In this document: positions 13,759-26,654 of the stretch, piece after piece
Position numbering within the stretch: the stretch's first letter is position 1
Layout: every line of letters starts with the position of its first letter
NCBI GenBank assembly: GCA_963693365.1
Contig: CAVNZM010000001.1
Location: 16,115,840 to 16,179,839, forward strand
Direction of reading: 5' to 3'
DNA: 64,000 nucleotides
Origin: Amoebidium appalachense
Lineage: Eukaryota; Protista; Ichthyosporea
Position numbers and translations under genes: made by a program
The notes under the pieces: generated by a model
What the model was told of the DNA's origin: nothing
Seen by the model: the letters and a program-made list of their open reading frames with translations, nothing else
Database searches by the model: none

Positions 13759-14913
13759 CTACACATGAAACGAACTTCTTGGTCTAAGTGGTGTGTCTCC
13801 ATTTCTTGACCCCAATATATCAGCAGACACAGACACAGACGCCAGTGTCCTTGAATCATCCGTTGACAGCACCCAGTATGCCTTCAAGTAGTTTTGCATC
13901 CACCCTTGCCCGTTGCTTGCTGTGTCTGCCAGCAACTTGGCTGCTCTGTGTCGCGGGTGACTGATGTTTCCCAACGCCAGAGGCTCCGCATTGTGCAAGC
14001 CTTGGTGGTGGCTTGCACGAGGAAGGGTGTTGGAGGTGAAGGTGGGTGGGTTACCAAGGCTGTTGCGGCGTGCTGTCAGCTTTTGTGGGGCAGACAATTG
14101 TCGTGCTAGAACGGGGCTTGTGCGGCCCGTAAACCTTCTGTTCGTTTTTGGTGATTTCTCGTTTTCATTCTCTGCGGGCAGCGATCGTGATCTAAGAAGG
14201 ACCTTCGCGTTTGCGTGGGGCACCGTTGCAGACTCAGAACGGGTATTTCGAGGCTCTGCTTGTTCATGCTCTGTGCTCGTCTTAAAACAACCTGACGAAA
14301 TATGAACACGAGGAAGCACATAATACCTTGGTGTGTCGCCTAGTTGGGTTTCGTATTCGTTTCGTGTTTCTTGAGGGACGTTTTCTGGTATTTCGAAGAT
14401 GGGGCTGTCGCGGGGTTTTCTCACTGACCCGAATTCCCGTGGTTGCAGTTTTTGTGTGCTTGATTCTGTGCTGTGTGGCTCTGTTGGTGCGCCCGGTTTT
14501 ACCTGGTGCACCTGTGGAGGTGTGCTGAGAATCCAACCTCGTTGTGGGGAAACAGCAGGTCTTGGGAATGCACTCGGCAAGGAGCGAAATTCTTTCCCCA
14601 CTTCGTCAACGTAGGGATCTTCTGTTTGTTGTGAACTTAGAGACATCAAAGTTGGCGTGTTTGTGTTGTTGTTGCTGTTGGTTCTGTTACTCCTACGTTG
14701 TAGACTCAGCAGAGGTGTGTTTGGTGGGGTGGGTGGGGATGCCTTGGTATCTGACCAAGCAATCCTCTCGAGGGGAATAAAGCGGCCCCCATTTGGAGAC
14801 CTTCGTGCATCATTTCCAGCGTAATGGGTGAGATACCGTGTGACTGTGCGTGCAAGCGTGCGGGCTCGTGGGGATGACATATACATTGTCAGAGTGGAAA
14901 GTTTATTTTTCAT
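13759..14913 (-). CDS. Single long ORF encoding a Ser/Pro/Arg/Thr-rich, probably disordered protein of unknown function
   Basis: 384-codon ORF free of microsatellites. A TATAAA-like motif lies upstream on the minus strand near 15267-15272. The start codon is uncertain. Confidence 0.55.
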   Translation of the reverse strand: MKNKLSTLTMYMSSPRARTLARTVTRYLTHYAGNDARRSPNGGRFIPLERIAWSDTKASPPTPPNTPLLSLQRRSNRTNSNNNTNTPTLMSLSSQQTEDPYVDEVGKEFRSLPSAFPRPAVSPQRGWILSTPPQVHQVKPGAPTEPHSTESSTQKLQPREFGSVRKPRDSPIFEIPENVPQETRNEYETQLGDTPRYYVLPRVHISSGCFKTSTEHEQAEPRNTRSESATVPHANAKVLLRSRSLPAENENEKSPKTNRRFTGRTSPVLARQLSAPQKLTARRNSLGNPPTFTSNTLPRASHHQGLHNAEPLALGNISHPRHRAAKLLADTASNGQGWMQNYLKAYWVLSTDDSRTLASVSVSADILGSRNGDTPLRPRSSFHV

Positions 14914-16797
14914 GTTTTCCTACAACTGGCCTTCAAATTCTGGCAGTGCTCGGCATTCAGAAGAAAGGGTTACCTTGCATAAGAATTTACACGTGTATTT
15001 TATTAAAACGTCATACATGTTATGGTACTTATTGGCAAGTATAGCATCTATCTTAGTTTTGGGTTGGCCTCGCACTTCTATGTGTTCAGGTTGAGAGCTT
15101 ATTTTATTCTGAACCTCTCCTCCACCAAAATCAACTCTGTCAACCCGTAAAGGTATAATAACAAAAGATAAAAAATAAATGGTGTTCTTGGTGGCAACCG
15201 TGCGCTAGCTCTAAGCTGCTGTCGCCATCTTCAAAAACGGAGTGAGTGAGTGAGTGAGTGGGCCCATTTATACGTGGCGAAGCTTGGTGCTGTGCGTGGC
15301 TCTGCTGGAGTCTGGGAAAAAGAGGTGATGGTGGGCCCTGGCCACGGCCCTCTTGAGGGCCGTGCCCTGGCTCACCAATAGGATTGCAATGATGAATTTT
15401 GGACGAGATAGTCACGGTTTACAGCTGGCTGATATTTCACAGTTGACACTTTACGAGATATCTCTTATAGAACTCTCGCGTCATTCAGGCACGAGCAGCA
15501 TGCTACTACCAGCTGTATGCAGCAGAGCCTTGATAGACAATCTAGCTACTAACTTCTTGCACTTTCGCAATAACCATTTTTCCTTGCCGGCAAATACACA
15601 GCGCGCGCGCTGTATACGCGCGTCCGGGATGTTCAACAAACATTGTGCACCTGCCAGCCTGCGAATACTCCCGGGATTGCAAGAGCGGCAGCTTTGGTTC
15701 CTGAAAACTAAGGCGTACGCTAGGCTCATGCACATATGTGTATATGTGCGTATCTGAGACCATTACTGCAGTAGCAGGGCATTGCTAAACTTTACTAATG
15801 ATCAGCCCCATCAGTTATGGTGAGTTATATCTACTTGGAAATTCCTCTCTCCATTTAGCGCTTCTCTCAGATCCGAGCCAATTTTGCACATTCTTAGTTG
15901 ACCAATAATATATTGCAACTCATCTGATTGGCTATGAGAGATTTTCCTTTTTAACCAAACAAGGCAAGTAAACAGATAGTGAGAGTGTAATCGCACTGAA
16001 TGGCCAGTTTCACACCAAGCCATTCCCCATGGACAGTCCGGTACGTGGCAGACATGTGATGGCTGTCTGTTGTTTGTTCGAAGTCGTTTTGTTCGAATGA
16101 GTCAGCTTGTTCTCGGTATGTCATATAAAAAAAAATAATAATAATAACAATATCTCCACATATCATGTCTATTTGATACGTTATATCTCCACTTAAAATT
16201 TGTATGATGTAAGTGTAACACCGACTCAATTATTACATGTATATCTTGTTGGGTGGAATTCGAAGTACTGTTGGCCTTGGTGCCAACAACTCATCACAGC
16301 TCACCTACATGTCGTTAATAAACAGCACATTCCCCTCCTATGTCATATATGCTTCTTCATTATTTACACTATATAAGCAGAGGTGCAAGTGTAAGGTATA
16401 CAACTCAAGTTTCACACCCAAAGCTTGTATCATCATCTCGGCCGACCAGCTCTTCGAATCTGCCCCTCCTAGATCTCTACGTCGCAATCTAATAGCTGCA
16501 ACCGTGGGTGGCCGTGCGAGCTCGGAGTAATCAACCCAAAAACAAGCTGTCCTTGGCCCAACTTGAACACGTCCCGAGTCTTCCCGGACTCTTCCGCCGT
16601 GACTCACTCCCCAGTGACTCCCCAGTTTACCCACCCGCTGGCAACTAGCTCACCATTGTATGTTTCATGTTGCTATTTACTTGACTCAGGCTGATACGAT
16701 GAATCCAGCCATTTCGCAACAGCTTCGATAGCGGACGGCCTGAGTGAGTCATGCATATGGGCATGAGTGGTTCCATAGAATCCATACATGTGTCGAA

Positions 16798-16866
16798 GTA
16801 AATATGTAGCTATAGGCTGTATTTGATTGGATAATTATCAAATACAGCCTATAGCTACATATTTAC
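16798..16866. repeat. Perfect 30-bp inverted repeat with 9-nt loop (hairpin)
   Basis: GTAAATATGTAGCTATAGGCTGTATTTGAT (16798-16827) and its exact reverse complement (16837-16866). Confidence 0.95.
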
Positions 16867-18253
16867 CAAAGCTTCTTCAACATGTGATGTCCTCGCGTAA
16901 CTTACACTGTTAACCCATCACTGAGCAGTGAGACAAGCATAGGAGGTACGTGGGCGGCGTCTTTCTTTCTGTATTTTGAACTTTTCTACAGGCAGGCAAC
17001 AGGCGCACCATCTGTACTCCATCATCAAACCCCGTCCACCGAGTCCAACACTCCTACTTCGCGTGCGGCGTACGTAAACGGGGCCTTGTAAGACGACACG
17101 TACATACGTAAGACTACGCATGCAGGTTCCAACTTCCGAATGATATATGCCTCTGTCCAGGGCCTCCAGGCCTCCCGTAGGAAACAAGGGTGGCACCCAA
17201 TTGAATGCATGCATCACTCTACGCGTGGCTGATATGATATCGCGAACTTTCGAGTCTTCCTGCGCATGCACCCGACACACTGACCCGAGAGCCTCCGCGG
17301 ATCCGAGCCTCATTTATTTACCTCTGTCCTACTTATTATGATCTCCATGTAAGCAATGCAATAAAAGGCACCATGGCGTCACGAGCTACGTAATATTAGC
17401 CGTGTCGACGGTTGCAATGATCATGATTCAGTAAAATTTTATGACATGGTGCTATGATAATGAGCTCTCTGAGTCGAACCCCGGGCCCCAAAGCGAGTTC
17501 GCATTTATCATTAGGTCAATTGCAAGTGATGATAACTGCAGCCACAACAATAGCCAGTTATGGGGCGGGGGGGGAAGGAGGAGATCTAGAGGGAGCTCCT
17601 ACGGGGGCTCGGGGCCCCCCCGGGGGGGGGGGGGGGGGGGGAGGGGGGGGGGAGGGGGGGAGGGGGGGTGAGCACTTGCCTCAGTTTTCTTTTTTCCCCC
17701 CCTTTCTGGGTGCTGCTGGGTACCACACGCACATAAGGCCACATGTACATGGAGCTCAATAATTCTTCTACCAATCTATACTGCACCTGCGGCCGTACGA
17801 AGTACTGGGTGGAGCCCCCAATACGTGGCATGGCCAAATTTCCTCCGGGGGGGGGGGGGGGGGGGAAGGCGGGTGAAAAAGGGGGGAGGGGGGGGGGGGG
17901 GGAGGGGGAGGGGAGGGGGGGGGGGAGGCGGGGTTCCCCTGGGGAATCCGCCCACTAATTTTTTTTTTTTTCTAAAATGACTTTATTAATATTGAGATGC
18001 TCATCAAAAAAGACTGAGCAATCGAGATATCACAGATATCTCAGAAAAGAAAATACGAGAAGCCTTACTCGTGGATACCGAGGAGATAACGACTGAGATA
18101 GTCATATACCCTAGAGAACTCGTTATACAATTCGGTGATTTAACATATAGTCAATAGAAGTAATATCAGGATTATCTAAATAAGCCAGTGTTCTAAGTTC
18201 TCACGGAATAATCGAAAACTTGTGTCGATCAGCTGCAGCCTCAGTGGAACCGT

Positions 18254-18320
<67 letters not shown>

Positions 18321-18340
18321 CCCCCCTCCCCCCCCCCCCC

Positions 18341-18412
<72 letters not shown>

Positions 18413-18417
18413 AAAAT

Positions 18418-18468
<51 letters not shown>

Positions 18469-19286
18469 GGGGGGGGGAGAAAAGAACACATTCCCACGCA
18501 CAAAGATTTAACTAGACATAGTCACCGCGATACACGTGCACGCATGGCATGTTCAATATATATACCCACCCATCCCCCCCCCCCCCCATCCCCCCCCCCC
18601 GCCCCTCCCTCCATCCCCTCCCCCCCCCCCCCCCCCCTCTTCTCCCTCCCCTCTCCCCCCCCCCTCTTCCCCCCCTCCCCCCATCCCGGAGCTAGCTCCA
18701 CACAGAGAGAGACAGTCGAGAGATCTTGACACATACACACACCACACACACATCCACATATTATGTGTGACCCACTCACAAAACCTCGCATGATTACGTC
18801 TCATTTGTGTATGATTATTATGAACCAGTCTTGTTTTGAATGTCAATTTAGATATACTCAGTCACTTTTATTATAGTTTTTTCGAGTACTTTAGATCGCC
18901 TTCTCTCTCTCTCCCCCTCTGGCTCGTTGTCTCTCTGTCTCTGTCTCTCTTTCTCTGTCTAGCCCCCCCCCCCCCCCCCCCTTCTTCCCCTTTCTCTGCC
19001 TTTCTCTCTCTTCTCCCCCCCCCCCCCCCCCCACCTTTCTTTCTCTCTCTCTCTCTCTCTGATCTCCCTCCCCCCTTTCCCCTAGATCGCTCTCATTCTC
19101 TTCCTCTCTCTTCCCCCTACCCCCGTCCATGTCTTTTTCAGAGTCTCTCTCACTCCCTCTCTCCTCTGAATAAGTCTCTCTCAGAGTCACTCTCTCTCCC
19201 TGTCTCTTTCTCTCTCTTTCTCTCTCTCCCCAGCCCCCCTTCCCCCTCTCTATCTCTCGGCTCTCAGTTTCTCCCCTCCGAGTTAG

Positions 19287-19333
<47 letters not shown>

Positions 19334-19949
19334 CCCCCCCCCCCCTCTCTCTCTCTCCCCCCCCCTCTCTCTCTCCGGGCCCTTCCCCCCCCCCCCTCCC
19401 CCCTCCCCCATCCCCCCCCCCCCCCCCCCCCCCCTCCCCAGGCCCCCCCTCCCCTCTCCCCCCTGCCTTCTTCCCCCTCAACGTTTACTACATAGTTGTT
19501 AGGTACACACTCACACCACGTACCCACACCCCAGACGGTCACGGGCCACACACACACTGTAGCGATAGTATATGCCCATAGGGGCACTTGACTACTTTCA
19601 AACCAGCTGTAGAAGTCTATTCTAGCGCAACCACGCCGACCACACACCAGCCTCACAGGGTTAAGGGAGGGCCGGTGGGGAGCTCCTCGGTGGTGGGGAG
19701 GGGGGGGGGGGGGGGGGGGAGGGGAGGGGGGGGAAGGAGAGGCCCGGAGGAGGGGGAGGGGGAAGGAGGGGGGGGGGGAAGGAGGGGGGAGAGGGGAACG
19801 GAGGAGGGTGGGGGGTGGGGGCGGGGAGGGGGGGGGGGGGGGGGGGGGGGAGGGGCGGGGAAGGGGAGGGGGAGGGGGGAGGGAGGGGGAGGGGGGGGGG
19901 CAAGGGGGATGCCACACACCAAAAAAACAAAACACAAAAAAAAAAACAC

Positions 19950-20089
19950 TGCCTCGTTCATGTATACCCGTCGCCAACTCGCCCACGATAAAGCCAGGTG
20001 ACCTTAGCTCTGGTTTGGCAATCAGAGCCCAGTCCAAAAAATCCGATTTGGTGGCGCCAGCCTTGTGTATTGCGTATATTATCAATATA
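19950..20089 (-). pseudogene. 3' part of an ORF apparently split by the 12.4-kb inverted-repeat element; 5' part at ~32529-32640
   Basis: Excising 20090-32528 gives in-frame ...ETMRCGWTPRHAAAVH|ILIIYAIHKAGATKSDFLDWALIAKPELRSPG, weakly ankyrin-like. Confidence 0.3.
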
Positions 20090-20269
20090 CAAGTAGGTCT
20101 GTGCGCCGGCTGTCGCCGGCGCCAAAACATAACGAGACAGTTATTGATGTTGGGTTGTGTGGTTGTTACCTCCCCTCTCCCCTCCCCCCCCCCCCCCCCC
20201 CCCCCCTCCCCTCGCCTCACGCTTCCCCCCCTGGCCCCCCCCGCCTCACGCTTCCTCCCCTCCCCCCCC

Positions 20270-20976
20270 TGTCATCTTCACTTAATTCTCAGCAAGACTT
20301 AGAAGTTGAGTTTGGTATTTATTTATTAGTTGTTGTAGTTTGTTTCCTTTTCCTTTCTTCATTTCTTTCTTTCTTTTCCGTTTCCGTGTACACGACATCT
20401 TAGATCTGTGTACGTATCGACATACTTAGCTCGCGCACACGTATTGTCGTTTGCGTCAAAATCTATATATGTCATCCAATCATATCTCGTTTGTATTTTC
20501 CCAAATATAGTAACTTACATTCCTTTCTCATTCCTTTCCCACGACGTAGCATTGTGCTATGTTCTTCAACTATTAGGAAAAATTATATTTAGACGTGTTA
20601 TGATAAGAACATGTATAAATATATGTTATGAATTAATAGTTACATAAGTGGTTTCATTTTATTAAATGTTTCCGTGCTTTTATTAGAAGTTTCTTTCATT
20701 AGAGGATTGAGTTTTATATTCTAAATGTCGACAGACATTTTATTCGATATATTTTACACTCATAGTTTTCATTCTTTTGATTGGTTTATCGTTTCACATT
20801 CCCAAGTATAAAAGGGACCTCATCTTGAAATAAATCACAAGCAGTCGTATTCACTTCCTATGGTTCCAGAAATCGTTCCTCCTCTCCGGTTGTGTTTTTC
20901 CCGTGTGTCTTTGTGTTGTGTTTTACATAACACCCATCTGTGCTCTCTGCTTCTCCGTTTACCCACACAAAATAAA
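20270..20976 (+). repeat. 5' LTR (TGTCATC...AATAAA)
   Basis: Appears identical to 25948-26654 on visual comparison. Confidence 0.95.
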
Positions 20977-20977
20977 A

Positions 20978-20992
20978 GGTTTACGGCCCCTT
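20978..20992 (+). promoter_or_regulatory. Putative primer-binding site, half-tRNA type
   Basis: GGTTTACGGCCCCTT lies 1 nt after the LTR. It has the same geometry as the GGTTATGGGCCC half-iMet PBS of Drosophila copia but a different anticodon. Confidence 0.55.
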
Positions 20993-21053
20993 TGCACGCT
21001 AACACACAATCTCGCTACAACCGCGAAAATCTCTCAGTCTTACTGCTTCAATC

Positions 21054-24000
21054 ATGACTGACAAACCGTCGTATATCAACCTTCCAATATGGAATCCGTC
21101 CGAGAAACGAGACGAGAAACGTCTTAATTATTTCGAGTGGGAGCCACTCATTCACCGGTTCATTAGAACCACCATTGCCGAGAAATTCGTTGACGCTATC
21201 AAGAGGCCACAGTGGGTTGACGGCGCTGAAGCCAACCAGTGGCTAGGCTACACCACCAAGGACTCCTACAAGAAAGCTTCCGACGTCCTCGACCAGATCC
21301 TCAACCAGTCCGTCCACCCGACCGAGCTCTACGACTCCGGCCGGATGCAAGACGGTGTCCACGGTGGTGAAGTCTTCCACAACCTACGTATGGCGTATGT
21401 AGCAGAGAAGGAGGCCCGAGTCACCCAGATTCAAGTCACCTTCGAGGAGCTTGAACTACGAGACTACCCCAACGTCACAGCATACCTCACCCGTCTCCAA
21501 CGTCTGGCTACGACACTTGCCTGCCTCGACGAACCCGTCCAGCACAAGGATGTCGTACGTAAGTTCTTCCTCCACATCCGGAAGAACACAGCCCTGGTCT
21601 GCCCCGACATTGAACGTCTCTGCTCCGACTACTGGATGAACAACAAGGCCTACCCGTCCTTCAACATGCTCATCAGTGACATCCGAGGAGCTGAAATCCG
21701 TGCCGGCCTCATCGACGCAGGCACAGGTGCAACCGTCAACAACCGTCCCCTCCGTGCACTCCAGAGCAGAGTGCTTCCCCCCGGTGACCTCCGTAACCGT
21801 ATTCCTCGACGTGAGCATACACCTCACCGTTCCCCGTCCCGTTCCCGTGATCCTCGTCCTCCCTCCAAGTCACCCGGCCCCCGTTCAACTTCCCCTTACC
21901 ACCGTGGTAACAGGGACAACCGTAACCGACAGCACAACACCAACAGTGTGAAGTGTTCCTACTGCCATGAGCCCCACCACATCACAGCATGCCCGGAGCC
22001 TGGCTGCACAGTTGCTCGTCGTGCCAAGCAGGAGAAAGGTGACAAGAGTGTGAAATTTGCACTCATCTCCTCCACCGGCACACCTGACAGTAACGACCCC
22101 GTCTGGGACAGTGCTTGTAATGCACACGTCTGCCCCATCAAGGAGTATTTCTCCTCCCTTACCCCGTGTCCTCCCACCCCCATTCACGGCCTCGGCACAG
22201 TCAATGCCAAACAACGTGGCATCATCAACATGACACTGCACTACAACGGCCACCCAACACCGTGCAGCATCAATGCTTACTACGTACCCGAGGCACCGTC
22301 TTTCCTCGTGTCTACCTCCATGGCATCAGCTGCCGGCCTCCTAGGTCATTGTGACGATACAGACAACCACCCGTCGTTCCTCTACAGCCGTAATGGTGAC
22401 ATTATTACAGATCTCACCCCCCTCGACGGTCTCTACTACATCACTGACTATGTGATTGAGACTCCTAAACACCCGGGGGTCCAAGCCTACACAGCAAGGA
22501 CTCAACCACCCGACGACCTCACCCTTTGGCACAACCGTCTCGGCCACCGTGCCCTCTCCACCGTCACCAGGATGGCCAAGGATGAGCTTGTCATCGGCAT
22601 GCCCCCCTCCCTCAAGTCACCCGACAACAGTGACTGCTTCGGCTGCATGTCTGGCAAGACCACCAAGGCCCCCTTTCCCGGCACCCGTTCCAAGTTCACC
22701 ATTCCCGGTGCTAAGTGGCACCTGGACTTCTTCGAAGCTCCCTGTGCTTCCTACGGAGGCTACAAGGTTGCTCTGGTGTGTGTTTGTGATGCCACCGGTT
22801 ACACCACCGTGTTCCCCCTTTACAACCGTGGTGAAACCCTCAGCCACATTCAGTCTCTCGTTGAAACCATCGAACGTCAGACACCTGAGATCGTCACCCA
22901 TCTTCGGTTTGACTCCGGCTCTGAGTTCACCTCCAAGGACACCGAGGCCTACTGCAAGCAGAAAGGCATCATCATGGAGTTTGCCCCCGTCGACACACCA
23001 CAACACAATGGTGTTGTTGAACGGAAGATGAGAGAACTGCAAGAGACAGTCCGTTGCTTCCTCCATGCCGACAAGGACCAACCTCTCTCTCCCAAGTTGT
23101 GGGTTGCTGCTCTCAAGCATACAAGCTACATCATCAACGTCACACCGTCATCTGCTGCCAACGGCAACACTCCCTTCGAGGCCTTCCACGGCTTCAAACC
23201 CGACGTCTCCCAGCTCCACGTGTTCGGCTCCCCTGCCTATGTCCATGTTCCCCGGTCAAAGAGGAACAAGCTGGCATCAACCGTCAGAGTCGGCACCTAC
23301 GTCGGCTGGGACCTACCCTCCAAGGCACACAAGATCCTCGACCTTGCCAGCAACCAAATCAAGATCTGCCGTGATGTGATCTTCGACGAGTCGAAATTCA
23401 CGGGCAGCACCAATCAGGTCTCCGTTCCCCCCAAACCCGATCTGCCGACATTGGACCCCCCCTCCGACGACGACGATGAAACTCCGTCTGTGGTCATCTC
23501 CCAACCGTCCTGGCACAACCAACCAGCCCCGGTTGAACCCGTGCCTCCCCCGAGCCCCCCCCCCCACTGGCCAACAACCCTTGCTGCCGGCCCCCCCCGT
23601 TGCTGTGCATCAACCCGGCTACATGACTCCGGTTCGTCCTGGGTCCCCCACCTTCCACTCGGCCACGAGCAGCCCTGTGGACACCGATGCCCCCCTCACC
23701 ACCGGTCCTATTCCTGGCTTCCATGCCCCTATCCCGGCCTCCACCACCTACCCGGCCACCACCCCCCTCAAGGACCCCCCCAAGCCCAACCTTCGTCGGT
23801 CTACACGTCTCACCAAGACTCCAACGGCACTGGTCAGCATCGTAGCACCGACCATCAACATTGACCAGCTCCCCAAGGGCATTCAAAAGCTTTGCAACGG
23901 TCCCAACGGTGATGCCGTCATAGCTGCCCTCACCTCCGAGTACCAAGCCTTCATCACCAAGGATGTCTTCACCATTGTTGATCCCCCCCTGGTGCCAACA

Positions 24001-25418
24001 TCATCAAGTTCAAGTGGATTGTGACTGAGAAAGTCCTCAACTCAGCCGGTGACACCAAGATCAAAGCTCGTGGTGTTGCAAAGGGCTTCACTCAAGTCTA
24101 CGGTGTTGACTACGGTGACACCTCTTCCCCCGTGGTGATGTCCTCCTCCGTCCGTGCCCTCCTTGCCATCGGTGTGGACGGCAACCATGAGATTCATCAA
24201 CTCGACGTCTCAACTGCCTTCCTCAACAGTCCTCTTCAAGAAGACATCTACATTGAGCCACCACCTGGCTTCATCACCCCCGGCAACGAACACAAGGTCT
24301 GGAAACTTAAGAAGGCACTCTACGGGCTCAAGCAAGCATCACTGGCCTGGTATGAGTACTTCGACAAGGTCCTCCTTGCTCACGGTCTCGAACGTCTCCG
24401 TTCAGATCCATGTGTCTACATCAAGACCTTCCCCAACGGTGACATCATCCTCACTGGCAACTATGTGGACGACGTCATCATCATCTGCACGGCCAACTCC
24501 TCCCACACCAAGGATCTAGTAGACCACATCATGAAGTCAGTTCTCTGCAAGGTTGACCTTCCCGACATCTTCCTTGGCACCCAGCTCATCCACACCCCCG
24601 GTCACCTCAAGCTGCTTCAGCAATACTACATCAACGACATCGTCAGAGACTTCAACCTCAACGATGCTCACCCCAAGGCTACTCCCATTCCCGTCGGCAC
24701 CGTCATCACCATCAACAAGAACGACTCACCACCCATCAAGGTTCCCTACCGTGAACTACTCGGCCGTCTTTTGTGGGTTGCTCGTTGTTCCCGGCCCGAC
24801 ATCTCCTTTGCCATCGGCTACCTCGGTAGATTCAGTGCCAACCCCACCAAACTTGCATGGGAATGTCTACTCCGTGTAGTTCGGTACCTCATCGGCACTT
24901 CCAACCTCGGCCTTCACTACGACAAGTCTGCTTCCGACGACAACACCCCCTTGCTGGAGTGTTATTCTGATGCTGACTTTGCCAACTGCCCCAACACCCG
25001 TCGTTCAACCACCGGATACGTCATCTTCTTCAAGGGCATACCCATCACATGGTATTCGAAGCTGCAGTCCATCACGGCAACATCCACCACCGAGGCTGAG
25101 CTTCTGGCCATCAATGCTGCTGTTCAAAACGTCATCTGGCACCGTGATCTCCTCCGTGAACTCGGCTACCCGATGACCGACCCCACCCCCGTCTACTGTG
25201 ACAACCAGTCCACCATTGCCCTCCTGCACACCAACAGCATCAAGCACCGGACCAAACACATTGCAGTCCGTTACCACAACACGAAGGACTACATCAAGAG
25301 TGGGGATGTGGTCGTCACCTACGTGTCCAGCAAAGACAACGTGGCTGACATCTTCACCAAGCCCCTGCCCGGGCCCTCCCACGAGCAACACCGTGATTCA
25401 CTCAGTCTTCGTGACTGA
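21054..25418 (+). CDS. Copia gag-pol polyprotein, with two compensating frameshifts in C-runs near 23555-23565 and 23983-23989
   Basis: Zn knuckle CSYCHEPHHITAC; protease WDSACNAH; LWHNRLGH...CFGC; integrase WHLDF, FDSGSEF, HNGVVER; RT LDVSTAFLN, KALYGLKQA, YVDD; RNase H YSDADFA, CDNQS, KHIAVRYH, ADIFTKPL. Confidence 0.93.
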
Positions 25419-25947
25419 GTGTGCCCCCCCCCCCCCTCCCCCCCCCCCCCCCCCCCCCCCCCCGGTTCATCTACAGTGGTCTTCAAGTAGGTTGGGGCCC
25501 TGGCCAGTGGTCTACACATCACCGTGTAGAGACACCTCCCAACGAAAGTCTACTGCTGTCTTCATCGATCTTCAGTGTGTGCATCTTCAGTGGGGATTTC
25601 TTCTCCACCATCCGTCGTTTATTTATATACCACCATATATATAATGTATTTATCATTAGCCACCAACACGTCACACATACACTAGTTGTTTCTTCTATAT
25701 ATATTTATATATCACGTCATTGGCTACCGTCATCTTCCGAGTCTTCAGAGGCAACCGTCGTTGTGTGCTTCTTCCGTTTTGGTTTTCTTCCCCGGCTTGC
25801 ACCTTCAAGTCTTCTCCATTGTCTTCTCGAGTGGGGAAACTTGACTGTGACTTCACGGCACCTACTTCTACATGTGTGAAAGTCTTAACATCAACAGTCA
25901 CATCAACAAACTTCACGAGAACCCAACTTCCAACCCTTGAGTGGGGA

Positions 25948-26652
25948 TGTCATCTTCACTTAATTCTCAGCAAGACTTAGAAGTTGAGTTTGGTATTTAT
26001 TTATTAGTTGTTGTAGTTTGTTTCCTTTTCCTTTCTTCATTTCTTTCTTTCTTTTCCGTTTCCGTGTACACGACATCTTAGATCTGTGTACGTATCGACA
26101 TACTTAGCTCGCGCACACGTATTGTCGTTTGCGTCAAAATCTATATATGTCATCCAATCATATCTCGTTTGTATTTTCCCAAATATAGTAACTTACATTC
26201 CTTTCTCATTCCTTTCCCACGACGTAGCATTGTGCTATGTTCTTCAACTATTAGGAAAAATTATATTTAGACGTGTTATGATAAGAACATGTATAAATAT
26301 ATGTTATGAATTAATAGTTACATAAGTGGTTTCATTTTATTAAATGTTTCCGTGCTTTTATTAGAAGTTTCTTTCATTAGAGGATTGAGTTTTATATTCT
26401 AAATGTCGACAGACATTTTATTCGATATATTTTACACTCATAGTTTTCATTCTTTTGATTGGTTTATCGTTTCACATTCCCAAGTATAAAAGGGACCTCA
26501 TCTTGAAATAAATCACAAGCAGTCGTATTCACTTCCTATGGTTCCAGAAATCGTTCCTCCTCTCCGGTTGTGTTTTTCCCGTGTGTCTTTGTGTTGTGTT
26601 TTACATAACACCCATCTGTGCTCTCTGCTTCTCCGTTTACCCACACAAAATA

Positions 26653-26654
<2 letters not shown>
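25948..26654 (+). repeat. 3' LTR
   Basis: 707-bp direct repeat of the 5' LTR, preceded by the PPT. Confidence 0.95.

Larger units (their letters stand above)
20270..26654 (+). mobile_element. Full-length Ty1/copia LTR retrotransposon, 6385 bp, inserted in a poly-C tract (apparent TSD CCCCC)
   Basis: Two 707-bp LTRs, PBS-like sequence after the 5' LTR, PPT GAGTGGGGA at 25939-25947, and PR-IN-RT-RH domain order. Confidence 0.97.

Noticed and set aside
15270-15405. Possible snRNA ending in an Sm-like AATTTTGGA
   Set aside because: No match to conserved U1, U2, U4 or U5 motifs; more likely promoter sequence of the minus-strand ORF.
17460-17500. tRNA or SINE suggested by a B-box-like GGTTCGACTC on the minus strand (similar motif near 1925)
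   Set aside because: No A-box or cloverleaf could be built.
23555-23989. Programmed frameshifting or pseudogenisation in copia pol
   Set aside because: Both shifts lie in C homopolymers and compensate each other. The same defect affects IleRS (56944), glucokinase (38441) and ankyrin (~53700), pointing to assembly error.
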